Part shown: in pieces, positions 1-12,847 of the stretch
How positions within the stretch are numbered: position 1 is the stretch's first letter
Layout: the number at the start of each line of letters is the position of its first letter
From: Octopus sinensis
Taxonomy: Eukaryota
Length of the DNA stretch: 64,000 bases
Direction of reading: 5' to 3'
NCBI RefSeq assembly: GCF_006345805.1
Contig: NC_043008.1
Span: forward strand, 10,788,001 to 10,852,000
The notes under the pieces: generated by a model
Seen by the model: the letters and a program-made list of their open reading frames with translations, nothing else
What the model was told of the DNA's origin: nothing
The model's database searches: none
Program-made: the position numbers and the translations under genes

Positions 1-75
<75 letters not shown>

Positions 76-80
76 TATAT
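1..80. repeat. (CA)n/(TA)n compound microsatellite
   Basis: Direct reading of dinucleotide runs. Confidence 0.95.
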
Positions 81-289
81 ACTCTTTACACTTTTACTCT
101 TTTACTTGTTTCAGTCATTTGACTGCGGCCATGCTGGAGCACCGCCTTTAGTCGAGAAATCGACCAGAAGAACTTATTCTTTGTAAGCCCAGTGCTTATT
201 TTATCGGTCTCTTTTGCCGAACCGCTAAGTGACGGGGACGTAAACACACCAGCATCGGTTGTCAAGCAATGCTAGGGGGACAAACGCAG

Positions 290-300
<11 letters not shown>
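81..300 (-). mobile_element. SINE group A, 3' half
   Basis: Reverse complement of the 3' half of the full copy at 3215-3625 (gtttcagtcatttgactgcggccatgctggagcaccgcc...). Confidence 0.9.

Positions 301-377
<77 letters not shown>
301..377. repeat. (TA)n microsatellite
   Basis: Long TA run; source of the YIYIYI ORF 259-786. Confidence 0.95.
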
Positions 378-380
<3 letters not shown>

Positions 381-844
381 AACAGCCCTTCTTATCTTGT
401 TCTCCTTGTCCTGTCTCTCACTGTTATATATCTATTTTTCCACTGTTTATATATATATTTTTTACTGTTTATTTGTTTGTACTGTCGTTACCGTCTTGCT
501 TTTTTTTACCCCTCTGCGAAAAGATCTCAGAATTTTAATTGATTTGCTTTTCGCGGGAAGGAATTTTTCTTCGAAGTATACGTCTCGCTTTTATCCTTCG
601 AAACGTTTAGTAGATGAAATCTTAGCGACTGAAGAAGGGGTTTTTTCGTTGTGCTTATTGTCCTGTATCTCTCTCTTTTTTTTGCTTGTCTTGTTCCTTG
701 GTTTGTGTCTATGTGTTTCGTCTCTCTATGTGTTCGACGTCTTTTTGGTGTCCTGTACACATATATGCGTGTATATGTACATGTAGAGGTAGGTACGTAC
801 ATATATGTTTATATATATGCATATGTTCTATTTTATTAACATAT

Positions 845-877
<33 letters not shown>

Positions 878-1944
878 CTATATATATATATGTATATATA
901 AATTTATAACATATATATATAATGTATATATATACGCAGAGACACACATACGCACACAGAAACAAACATTTATAGTCAAATATCTATCTTATCTCTTTAC
1001 ACACACACACACCACACACACACACACACCACACACACACACAACACACACACACACACACACACAACACACACCACACACACACACACACAAATATGTA
1101 CATAGGTAGATATATACGCATATATATATATATAATATATATATATATATGGTGGAAGTGAAACGTAGTCGCTAAAGGGTTTAGCCGAAAGAAAGTGTTG
1201 GCGAGATATAGATCTAATGATTAACTGCAATCAATTTTAAAAGATGCAACAAGTGAACAACTTTGGTCGACTGAAGTAATTCTAATAACTCCTGCCCACT
1301 AAGTAAGTAACTAGTGATTAGCGGCAAGATCAATGTCAATTGAACTGGCTCAAAAGTAGCACATAACAACAGATCTAAAAGCAAGTGCAACAAAAGTCTT
1401 GTGCGACGACGACGTTCTGACTGCATCGGCGTTGATAAACAAGAGACGGCAGCTAAGCGAAAGGTGAGACATAAACGGTGACAAAAACAATAAGTGATTA
1501 GCCGGTCCTAATGAATTAGATTCTGTGGCCAAACCGTTGATCGGAGATCGTTCAAACGTTGTAATAAAGTAAAATATTCGTTCATTGAAGTGTCCATAAA
1601 AATAGTGATAATATTAGAAAATTTATAACTCGGATTGTCCAAGAAATCAAGTAAGCCTCATCAAAAAGGCAGATCAAACGAAAGCGAACGAGGAAATCGG
1701 TTCGAAACTAAAATTAAATCTTACATACATGACGAAACAAATCTATTACCAGACACACAGAGAGATCGTGCTTACCATTTTAATGTTGTTTATTTAGTTT
1801 TTACTTTTACTTTTGATTTTATTTTATTTTGTAAGTTCATATACACCACTTCATGGTAATTTCACTTAACACTTTACTTCGAGCTCCTGTCTCCTTCTCC
1901 AATGGTTACATACTTTAAACGACCATTTCTGACTCTGATGTTAC

Positions 1945-2158
<214 letters not shown>

Positions 2159-2654
2159 CGTCGCTTTCTTCCTTTTAGTAATCTCACTGAAGTACCTTCC
2201 ATGATAGCAAAGAGTAAAGTGGAACATTAAAGCAATTATTGGCCGCCATATTTAAAAACGAAGCTCTGTCAGTTTAGGATTTAGAAACCAAATTAAAATG
2301 GAGGACTGATTGTAATGATAATGAGGAAAATGGCGATGCGTATTTGGATAAAAAATTGCGATGTTGATAATGATAATTATGATAATAGTGATGATTGTGG
2401 TGGTGATGGTACAGGCGATGGTGGTAGAGGTGAAAATGATGGTAAATGGTTATGACATGTGTTCCTTCCACTTTCTACGTATAATATTACTTCTCTGGAA
2501 TAATTTCTAGCAGAAACATATTGCTTTGAAGTATCAATGTAGATATATTGATGTATGTGCTATGAAATACATATAGCAAAGAAGCAGAGACGTTTCAAGA
2601 TTGTAATGATTGTCTAATTAATTTGTAGACATTAATTGTTCATTCAATAATAAA

Positions 2655-2681
2655 ATGATGATGATGATGATGATGATGATG

Positions 2682-2739
<58 letters not shown>

Positions 2740-2755
2740 TAATAATAATAATAAC
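2655..2755. repeat. (GAT)n-(AAT)n microsatellite
   Basis: Direct reading. Confidence 0.95.
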
Positions 2756-2759
2756 AGCG

Positions 2760-2935
2760 AAAATACCCTAGGAATGAGAACCCAGGTTCAAAATTTCCCC
2801 AAGACACCTGATGAAGGCTGGAGGGTATATCAGCCGAAACGCTGTGTTAACAACAAACAAGATGGGGACAAATATCCGTCAAATGTAAATAATGTAAATA
2901 ATGTACATAATTCTTCATCTCTTAAATATAGAACT
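2760..2935 (+). mobile_element. Short hammerhead-bearing repeat (family H1), probably a Penelope-derived non-autonomous element
   Basis: Same sequence recurs inverted at 45540-45676 and 48285-48425, and diverged at 51216-51345. Contains CTGATGA...GAAA. Confidence 0.75.
2803..2848 (+). ncRNA. Minimal type-I hammerhead motif (H1), U16.1->C variant
   Basis: GACAC CTGATGA A GGCTG gagggtatat CAGCC GAAA CGCT GTGTT: stem I, core, 5-bp stem II, GAAA. Confidence 0.7.
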
Positions 2936-3214
2936 GAATAACTGGTGCTGTTTTGATTGTTTTGAAGTTTTATGTCAGAGTATCTTACTCTTAGAAGAGC
3001 TTACTTCCCCACGGCTTTTTTCTGAAATAAAGGAGCCTCTTCTACGCCTGGGAAGTATATTTAACCCATAGTTGGGGCCCTGATAGATACTATTGTTCCA
3101 GATCAGAACGGACCTTGGACTAACGGTTATTAAAGGGTCACTCCACACTCCTTAGCTGGACCCTCACCACTAGATGTAATTTAATGTTCTGTTCACAATC
3201 AAATAATCTCCAAT

Positions 3215-3625
3215 AGATGCAGGAGTGGCTGTGTGGTAAGTAGCTTGCTTACCAACCACATGGTTCTGGGTTCAATCCCACTGCATGGAACCTTGGGCAA
3301 GTGTCTTCTACTATAGACTCGGTCCGACCAAAGCCCTGTGAGTGGATTTGGTAGACGGAAACTGAAAGAAGCCCGTCGTATATATGTATATATATATATA
3401 TATATGTGTGTTTGTGTGTCTGTGTTTGCCCCCCCCCTAGCATCAGTTGACAACCGATGCTGTTGTGTTTACGTCCCCGCAACTTAACGGTTCGGCAAAA
3501 GAGACCGATAGAATAAGTACTAGGCTTACAAAGAATAAGTCCTGGGGTCGATTTGCTCGACTAAAGGCGGTGCTCCAGCATGGCCGCAGTCAAATGACTG
3601 AAACACGTAAAGGAGTAAAGGAGTA
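3215..3625 (+). mobile_element. Full-length tRNA-derived SINE group A with internal (TA)n(TG)n
   Basis: A box TGGCTGTGTGG 3226-3236; B box GGTTCAATCCC 3269-3279; short tandem tail (gtaaagga); about nine homologous copies in the window. Confidence 0.9.
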
Positions 3626-3772
3626 ACATAAGGACTAATAAAACCTTAGTTGACAGATTCTCGGTGGTTTTATAGCTTAGTTTGGAGAAAGGGTTTCTGA
3701 AAACCCGAAGCCTTTTATCAAATTTACTACCATCCTACCGAAGACTGACTCTTTGGATTCATTTGTCTCACA

Positions 3773-4226
3773 TTCTTATTTCTTTATTGTCCACAAGGGG
3801 CTAAACATAGAGGGGACAAACGAGGACAGACAAATGGATTAAGTCGATAACATTAAGTCGATAACAGAGGTACGACCCGCAGCGCTTCTTGAAGTAAACG
3901 AATAAAATTTGGCTGATTGCAGAGAACATCAAAAGTATGATGTAGTATGATGAAGTTCAGTATCGATTATTAGCGAAGAAGAATTTCTTCCGACGAAGGA
4001 TTGATCAATTCTCCCCCACAACACTACTCAATCTCATGCATGTACACACACGCACGCACACGCACGCACACACACACACACATACACACACATACAGGGT
4101 GTGTATTAAAAGGAATACAGGAAGTTATCATGAGACTTCATAAAATAAAGAACCCCAGTGCGTAACTGGTACTTAATTTATCGACCCCGAAAGGATGAAA
4201 GGCAAAATCGACCTGGGCGGAATTTC
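3773..4226 (-). mobile_element. SINE group B copy split by an insert of about 300 bp
   Basis: Tail part 3773-3852 and core part 4152-4226 are contiguous in other copies (ggattaagtcgat...ccccagtgcgtaactgg). Confidence 0.75.
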
Positions 4227-5359
4227 ATTCGTCTTACATGCTATTACCTCTCTGCTGTTTTCCTTTTACTACATCTAGACGCCATGTTTTTTTTCTCTAT
4301 TCGCCAAAACATAAAGTAAACTTTTGCAAGCGAGATATGTCAACTAAATCTACTTAACAGTACATACATATGAAGGTAGATGTATTTCTGTCTATCTTTA
4401 TTTACGTTTCTTTTTCTAATTAAATCACTGCAGAAGAAACTTCTTTCCTTTCGTCCATATATTGGTTCTTTAATATTCAATAATGATCCTAGAACGGAGA
4501 AAATAATAATAATAAAAAAAGAAATGAATATAAAAAAATAAATGAATTAATAATCTTACATGTCATTTAAGTTTACGTCTTCTGAATTTTTGACAGAGTA
4601 TTCTGTCATTGTCAGGGAATTGTGAGTAGATCTCGGTAAAGTAAAACGTGTTAGGACTGAATGAATTGTAATTTAAACCGAATAATAACGTTTGTATGTA
4701 ACGAAATGTGCCGGTTATTTTCTTCCGTTTCGTAAAATGAAGACCACCATGTTTACTGAGTAGGATACACATGTACGCATGCGCACACACACGTACATAT
4801 ACGCACATATTCACACATATTCATACACACACACACACAAACAGACCCGCGCGAGCACGCGAACATATAGATATATTTTGCTACATGAATTATTCAGTGG
4901 GGGTAGGTGGAGTGGAGTTAGAGATGGCGGTATCGTTTGCTTATATATTTTTTGTTGTATCAATTTCTAAAATTTTATGAAGTTGTTTTCCAAATGATGG
5001 ATTATGTTTAGCCAGTTAAAAAAAAAAAGTGCAAAAGAAGCAAAGAGAAAAAAAATAACCCAAAAAACAAATCAGAAAAAAAAAAATCCCAGGTTTAAAA
5101 CGTTTATGAGTTACGCTTGGCAGGATAGTGACAAGTGCAAACATTCATACAGCAACATGAATAATCAGGCAGATACACCGCAAACAAATTAATAAACAAA
5201 TATAGAAGCAAAAAAATAAATGTAAACACGAAGAAATGTAGATGTATAAAGGTACAGATCGAGGATAAAAAAACATTGTGACATATATGCAATTATGAGA
5301 GGACGTGTTAAACGCACTTTTATATGTGTGAGCGTAGATAAATAATTGTATTTATGTAT

Positions 5360-5565
5360 ATTTATCTGTATGTACTAACAAGATTATCAATCTATCTATC
5401 TATCTATATATGTACGTATCTATCTATCTATGTATGTTCGTATCTATCTATCTATCTATCTATATATCTATCCATTCATGCATCTATCCATCATCTCTCT
5501 CCCACTCTCTCTCTCTATCAATAAATCTATCAATCTCTCTCTCTATCTATCAATAAATCTATCAA

Positions 5566-5608
<43 letters not shown>

Positions 5609-5660
5609 CTATCTATCTATCTCGACTATCTCCCTCCCTCTCTCTCTCTCTCTCTCTTTA
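5360..5660. repeat. (TCTA)n/(TC)n low-complexity tract
   Basis: Direct reading. Confidence 0.9.
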
Positions 5661-6591
5661 CACACATAAACATACAGATTTACGCGATTATATATTCATA
5701 TTATTTATGCTGTGTATATGTAATGAAATTTTTAAAGATAACTTTAATTTCTTGTAAGAGGCTTCACAGTGTGTTCTCGCTTGAAGCCATTATCTTACGG
5801 CAGTTTGTTTTAAAACACTTAACCTCTCTCTGAGAAATATTTGAAAAATGGAGGAAATTAAATTAGGACAATAAATTGTTATGCATAACAACTAGTGGTC
5901 TTATGGTATCTAATCCTGGGGGATAAAGTAGAGTCATAAATTAATTTCAAATCATGCTGGGAATGTAATACACGAAGACAGAATTGTAATTGCGAAAACC
6001 TAGCCTCTGGATATAAACAGACATTGTAATACAATAGCAACACAGAAAAGGAGTTATAAAGTGTATTTATCTCTATATTTCCTATCTCCTTTGGTTATAT
6101 GTTCTAAATGATAGGTTCACACATTTTAACATACATTATGCCACATATTTCCAAAACAAAAGCTGCGATTATGGCTGGTAAAAGCATTCTTGTTACTATA
6201 AAATAAAAACTTTTGTGTCAGTGATATTGTGATATTAAATTAAAAATATCAACTTAAATTAAAAAAAAAAATTGTATATTATCCAAAGCTATATTTTGTC
6301 CGACATGATCTCCAACCACTTAGTGTCATATTTGATTAAATAATTAACTATTAGAAGTGTGGTGGATTCGAATAACCACTAGAGCGTTGGACTGATCGCT
6401 TTGCGTATTTATTCACATGTCTTCATGTTCAGAGAGGAAAAATATCGCTAATATCGACTTTGTTTTTCATTATCCTGCACTCAATAAAATTAGTTTGGTA
6501 TAGTTTGGCATTGAAGTGAAAATTTCTACTATACTCCTGTTCAAGATTTAAGGTTTTTTCCTATGTTAGAAATCAATAAATAAATTTTCGA

Positions 6592-6771
6592 GTTGTGTCT
6601 GGGGAGAGTCATTTTCTTTTTGTGCCTTCGGACAAAGTCAAGACTATTGAAAAGGTTACAAGACGCAACGAAAATTTTAGGAAAATAAAAATAAGAAATA
6701 AGTGGAAATTTTACCGGTGAGTGTGTCACATTATAAGGCACAAAAAGAAAATGACTCTCCCCAGACACAAC
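6592..6771. mobile_element. 180-bp MITE with perfect 37-bp TIRs
   Basis: gttgtgtctggggagagtcattttctttttgtgcctt (6592-6628) is the exact reverse complement of 6735-6771. Confidence 0.85.
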
Positions 6772-7189
6772 AGAATATGCTTCAACACACGAACTCATAT
6801 AAAGAATCTTGCAAACCAAATCCAAAAACGAAATTTTCGAGTGCTTACTTAGTTTATTTGCCTATGATGGTACATCAAAGTCTTTGACAGTATCGATCCA
6901 AGACATTCATCCTCCTTCGCCCCCAGAAAATTGTTCCTCATGGGAGCGGACGTGACTGATAACATCGATGGCGCTGAGTGCACTATAGGTGACTCCGAAC
7001 AAAAATCGCTTTGAACCTTAAACAATATTAGAATATTGTTTGAATTCTTTCTTGCTTTTTTTTCTTACCACATCGAGCGAGATTGAGGAGTATTAGATTA
7101 ATTAATTCAAGATTAGAAGGTTCTGCAGCTATTGAAAAAGATGCAGCAGCGCCGAGGGGCCCACGAGGGATGTGTGACTCACAAATAAT

Positions 7190-7305
7190 GTTTCCGAGTT
7201 CAAATTCCGCCGAGGTCGACTTTGCCTTTTATTCTTTTTGGGGGTCGATGTAATCGACTTATACTTTGCTCCAAAATGGCTGCTCTAGTGCCAAAATTTG
7301 AAACT
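7190..7305 (+). mobile_element. Degenerate SINE group B/C fragment
   Basis: gagttcaaattccgccgaggtcgactttgcc core and gtgccaaaatttgaaac tail. Confidence 0.75.
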
Positions 7306-7358
7306 ATTATATACCAGGACATACACACACTCTTTCATTTCTCTCTTTCGGTTGCGCG

Positions 7359-7395
<37 letters not shown>

Positions 7396-7668
7396 ACACG
7401 CACACACACACACACACTGACTTACAATAACTTAAAATAAAATTAAGAGAGATAACATCAATTCAATATTGTTAAGTACAAAAAGCATTGAAAAATGAGG
7501 GCGGAAAGGATATACTTCGTTGCCCAAAACATTTCCTAATGTCAATGAGTAACAATTATTTTTGTCTGCCTTAAACACAGGAATCACAATAATCGCTGTA
7601 GAGTATCAAGAAAGAATCCATTCTGTTTTTATCCTTTCACCTCTCTGAAAAAATAAATAAATAAATGC

Positions 7669-7914
7669 GCCCTTTTTAAAGCCTAGCCAGGCTCATGGGC
7701 CCGGTTTCTCGGTTTCTATGGCGCATGTGTTCCCCAGATGGACTGGATGCCAGTCCATCTCAGCGTTACTCATTTTTGCCAGCTCAGTGAACTGGAGCAA
7801 CGTGAAATGAAGTGTTTTTCTCAAGAGCACATCGCGCCGCCCGGTCCAGGAATCGAAACCACAATCTTACGATCATGATGCTGACACCCTAACTACTAAG
7901 CCGCACGCCTCCAC
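7669..7914 (-). mobile_element. tRNA-derived SINE group D (head 1 plus V-like tail)
   Basis: Minus strand has A/B-box head, CORE-like gttgctccagt block and gatggactggc...gaaaccgggcccatgagcc tail; homologous to 47451-47690. Confidence 0.85.
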
Positions 7915-8039
7915 TCTTTTCTAAAAAAGGTGGATTTAATACATTAGCTTTACCAACGGAGAAATAATGGCCAACAACAGAAAACAAGAGAAATCGTGAC
8001 GGAATTTCTGAACCTGAATATGTAATAAAGAACATAAAT

Positions 8040-8565
8040 TGAAATATCTGTAAAGGGGCCCAAATCCTTGATGAAGCTACATGTAAGAAAGAAATTAGGA
8101 CACGGCTAACCATGGCTAGAACGCCCTGGGAAAGCTTAATTACATGTGGACCAGCAAAAGTGACCCAACTAAGTTAAAAACAGTTGACCAATAGGTCAAG
8201 AGAGCATAATCAATGATTTTGAAATGTGAGTGTATTGGAGAATGTTACAAATCTCTTAGAAGGGCCATCGGACAACAAGTAGGTGAAAAACGGTAACTCC
8301 TGAACATTATGGAGCAACAAAAGATCATCTATTATAGCCATATTCGAAGAAGCAAAGGTTTGGGTAACATTTCATGGAAGGAAGGGGAGAGGGTAGTAGA
8401 TCAATAGGCAAGCAAAAACCGCTATGGAAGAACGATAAACAATATAAAGAGCTGGTTGAACGAGAGTGGCAAGGCAGCTGGAGAACTCCCGCTTAACGGA
8501 GAAGACTTTTGTTTCAGTGTTATCAATGCGCTGCAGGCGTACGATACATGGTAATGACGATGTGT
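8040..8565 (+). mobile_element. Degenerate RTE-clade LINE 3' end (RT C-terminus)
   Basis: Frame-shifted translation gives KEIRTRLTMAR...INDFEM*VYWRMLQIS...MEGRGEGSRS...W.NIKSW, the typical RTE C-terminal pattern. Confidence 0.7.
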
Positions 8566-10102
8566 GAAGGAGAGAACTACCTCCACTCAAGAAAAACCAA
8601 CATATTCGTACAAATTGAGCATGGAATTTTCTAGAAAAACAAAATTGTGGTAAGGAAAACCTAAATGGAGTAATACTTTACACGATTTAACTGGTTTTAT
8701 TTTATTTTTGGTTAAATGGTGGTTGGAATTCTATGGCTGTTTTCATCTGATTGAAAATGCTCATAACTGTAACTTCCTTCGGCTGGTTGAACCTTTGTCT
8801 CTTTGGAACCCTGTACTTGAAATCTATGTCAGTAAGATCAAAGAAATACAACAGAAAAGAGAAAAGATGTAAGCAGCATCATTGTCAGTTGAATCACAAA
8901 ATAAATTTACTTCTTTTTGCTCCAATCTCGTTTCGAAACATCTATTCTGAAAGATAAAAGCAAACCACTATTCACCATTTGTGTATGCAACACCTGAATC
9001 ATCCTCACATGTCGCACAGACATCGCTTTCCATGTGTTACCTTCGAAAAATAGATTGTGAGCTTCGTATCCAAAAGTGATTTCTGTCGTTTGAAGAATAT
9101 TGCATAAAACAGATTTCGAGATTGGAAACCTGATAAAGGAAAAAGCGAGTAAAATTGCATTGAATTGGAATTTTTTTTTGTCTAGTATAAAGCAGTAGTA
9201 TCAATACGGCAATAAAAGATATGGAGTGAAAAGGATATTATTTAATGAAAATCTGTTTATTTTCTCACCGTGAGACGGATTCAGTAGCGTTTTCTGGTGA
9301 AGTATTAACCCTTTTCAAAAGGATTCAAAACGTTTATATTTTTACATGTTATCCAAAAATATGATAAATTCTTCTGACATACACACGCGCTGACAATCAG
9401 TGCATGTTATGCCAACTACCCAATATAGCGATAGTTTGAAATCGTTTGCTTAAAATATCATTGGTATCGTATTGGCCCTGGATGACGTTCTTAAATTACA
9501 TCTGACGCCAAAGACCAGAATTGAATTACCAAGAGCTATTCAATAAATATCGTCTCTCAGGTGCATGCCCTTGATATGCACCTGGTTCAACATTATTCTT
9601 TGAAAAATGATAATGCAAGCAAAAGTTGCCACTGTTGATGAACGAAATTTGCAGAAACTGTGTTATCAGTTTGATAATCAGCTGACACAATCAAATTATG
9701 TTATTAATTATCTTCTAATTGAATTTATCTGCCAATTGGTATTTTGGTTAAAAAAAAATCAAGAGAATACCAAACAAAGAATCCTGACACTTGTAAAGAA
9801 TCATTATTTCGAACATTTTGTCTTATGACATTGCTGAATCTGTCATGGACGAACAAGAAGTGAAGCTGTAAAGACAATTTCTAATACTTTTTTTTTATTC
9901 CCCTCGCAACACTTATTAATATCAGAGGAAGTGTTGACAACAAAGCGAGCAGCATTTGAAGAAATTTGCAATGCCAATAAAAAATAGCAAAGAGTTCTCA
10001 TAGGAGCTAATGTGCACAAAAACGATGAGGTTATCGAGCCTTGCTTCGGTTGAGATTAAATAATATAAATTTGTCCTATTGTAACTGGAAGAAGTCTTTG
10101 CA

Positions 10103-10457
10103 GACGAAATATTGCTAAGCATTTTGCCCGGCGTGCTAACGTTTCTTATTTCTTTATTGCCCACAAGGGGCTAAACATAGAGGGGATAAACAAGGACAGA
10201 CAAACGGATTAAGTCGATTATATCTATTTCTTTACTACCCACAAGGGGCTAAATATAGAGAGGGCAAACAAGGACAGACAAACGGATTAAGTCGATTAAA
10301 TCGGCCCCAGTGCGTGACTGGTACTTAATTTATCGACCCCGAAAGGATGAAAGGCAAAGTCGACCTCGGCGGAATTTGAACTCAGAACGTAATGGCAGAC
10401 GAAATACGGCTAAGCCTTTCGCCCGGCGTGCTAACGTTTCTGCCAGCACGCCACCTT
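10103..10457 (-). mobile_element. SINE group B composite (older head piece, duplicated tail, full monomer)
   Basis: Two cccacaaggggctaaa tail blocks; full head ends ...gccagcacgccacctt. Confidence 0.9.
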
Positions 10458-10467
10458 CTACAGAAAC

Positions 10468-11137
10468 ATTTATAAATTCACAGCTTGGTTTGCTATTGAG
10501 GCAAAACCTCGGCTGTTTAACGCATTGACTTGTTATTGTTGTTGTTGTTGGGTGTTCAATGGTGGTAGCGTTAATGGTGGTAGTGGGAGGGCTTGGTTTC
10601 ACAGGTGTTACTGCGCTGCGTCCATTTACTGACTTTCCTTGTTCTTTTCGTCTTTTTTCGCGTTTCTTTTCTTCTTTTTCCTTCTGTTGCTTAGCGATGC
10701 ACGTGCGAGCAAGACTGAGGTCGTCTCTCTCTCTCCCTCCCTCTCTCTCTCTGCTTTTTAAGGCGCGGAGTGAGTGGAGACAATAAATTTTTACACATTT
10801 TTGGCTGTCTTCCGACAGAAGAGGGGATATTTCAAAATGAAAGGAAGAACTGATACTCTCCTCCAAGGACATTTTTTTTACAAATTTTAAAATATCGAAA
10901 TATGAAAAAAAAAAAAAAAGAGATTTTAAATTGAAAATTCGCCCCAAAAGAGGAAAAGTCTCGCCTAACCGCTCAGCTCAGCAAGAGCCCAGTCGGCCTG
11001 GCCACAGAAAAGTCGTAAAAAATTTTCACATGCAACAATATTATCTGTAAATCTTGCGCAAAAATTTACAGCTCACGAGCACACATCATTCCTGTTTGAA
11101 ATCCACGAGAAGAGTCATATTATTATTATTATTATTA

Positions 11138-11175
<38 letters not shown>

Positions 11176-11188
11176 TAGTAAATAGCGA
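10468..11188 (+). repeat. Direct duplication copy A
   Basis: Colinear with 11624-12392 from atttataaattc to aatag(c/t)ga; roughly 90% identity by eye. Confidence 0.9.
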
Positions 11189-11621
11189 GGATCTTTTCGG
11201 TTTGAATGGCAGTTTTTTCTAGCGGTGTCATATGAAATTGTCACCCATAATTATGACCCTAGTATCGATCTATTGCATTTCAATCTGTTTTAGGGTTAGG
11301 GTTAGTTAGGGTTAGGGTTAGGGGTGGGGGGACGTATCTTTTTTTCTTCACAATGTAAATAAACCCAATCTGTTTCTTAAACGAGGGACATATTCATACG
11401 GCACAGAATGTTTTTTTTTACCTCAATGGACGTCATTGATTGGTTGAAATTGCATTAATTCAAGAAAAACAACCAGCAAATATCTTACAAACTATAGAAT
11501 TTTCTCAAGAAAGCCAAGAGAAAAAGGTGTTTTATAAACACATTCTACCAGTGTACGAAGTTTAAAATTTTTTATTTACCAAGAAATTATGTTAAAAACT
11601 GCCGTTCAACCGAAAAGATCC
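11189..11621. mobile_element. MITE with 27-28 bp TIRs and internal TTAGGG repeats (copy 1)
   Basis: Left GGATCTTTTCGGTTTGAATGGCAGTTTT; right AAAACTGCCGTTCAACCGAAAAGATCC; second copy at 12848-13267. Confidence 0.85.
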
Positions 11622-11623
11622 AA

Positions 11624-12304
11624 ATTTATAAATTCATAGCTTGGTTTGCTATTGAGGCAAAACCTCGGCTCTTTAACGCATTGTGTTATTGTTGTTGTTG
11701 ATGGGTGTTCAATGGTGGTAGCGTTAATGGTGGTAGTGGGAGGGCTTGGATTCACAGGTGTTACTGCGCTACGTCCATTTACTGACTTTCCTTGTTCTTT
11801 TCGTCTTTTTCGCGTTTCTTTTCTTCTTTTTTCCTTCTGTTGCTTAGCGATGCACGTGCGAGCAAGACTGTGGTCGTCTCTCTCTCTCTTTCTCTCTGCT
11901 TTTTAAGGTTCAGAGTGGGCGGAGACAATAAATTTTTACACATTTTTGGCTGTCTTCCGACAGAAGAGGGGAAAGTTCAAAATGAAAGAAAGACCTGATA
12001 TTCTCCTCGAAGAACATTTTTTACAAATTTTAAAACATCGAAATATGAAAAAAAAAAAAAAAAATTTTAAATTGGAAATTCACTCCGAAAGGGGAAAAGT
12101 CTCGCCTAACTGCTCAGCTCAGCAAGAGCCCAGTCGGCCTGGCCACAGAGAAGTCGTAAAAAATTTTCACATGCAACAATATTATCTGTAAATCTTGCGC
12201 AAAGACTTACAGCTACGAGCACACGTCATTCCTCTTTGAAATCCACAAGAGTCATATACTACTACTACTACTACTACTACTAATAATATTATTATTATTA
12301 TTAC

Positions 12305-12337
<33 letters not shown>

Positions 12338-12392
12338 CATTATTATTATTATTAGTAGTAGTAGTAATAATAATAATAATAGCAAATAGTGA
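11624..12392 (+). repeat. Direct duplication copy B
   Basis: See copy A; the terminal trinucleotide tract is longer here. Confidence 0.9.
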
Positions 12393-12847
12393 TAATTATA
12401 TAATTTTTAACTTCAAAATTTGGTGGCTGGAAAACTCTAAACAATTTCAGCCGAGTATGAATCTTTCTATCGATGGCTCCGCTAGATTATTTAACCAACC
12501 ATTAATGAATAAGGCGAATTAATAAAAATATTTAATAATAAAATACTTAAAATATTATTATTTAATAAACCAATTAGTTATTCATGTTAAAATTTCATAT
12601 TTATTAGAATATACATACTGTTAGTCATATTGAATTTGTGGGATTCTCTTGACTTAATTAACTAGTCATCCACTTTAATATTCTTATAACTACCACCGCT
12701 TTATAGCACAAGTCAGCAAGGGAGCTTCTTCTCTGTTGCGTTGCGCAGCCTTCTTGAAATAACAGTCAAACAGCGGATTTAAACCATATGCCATTGTTTT
12801 ACTGAATAGGTACACAGAACAAGGTAGGTCTAGGTACACAATACTCG

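Noticed and set aside
3215-3290. tRNA genes at SINE heads (also 36735-36806, 49893-49970)
   Set aside because: tRNA-like heads continue directly into SINE bodies; not standalone tRNAs.
10330-10947. 205-aa minus ORF
   Set aside because: Runs through low-complexity DNA into a SINE and is not preserved in duplicate copy B.
11290-11331. True telomere or chromosome-fusion scar
   Set aside because: Only a few units, located at the same internal position of a two-copy MITE.
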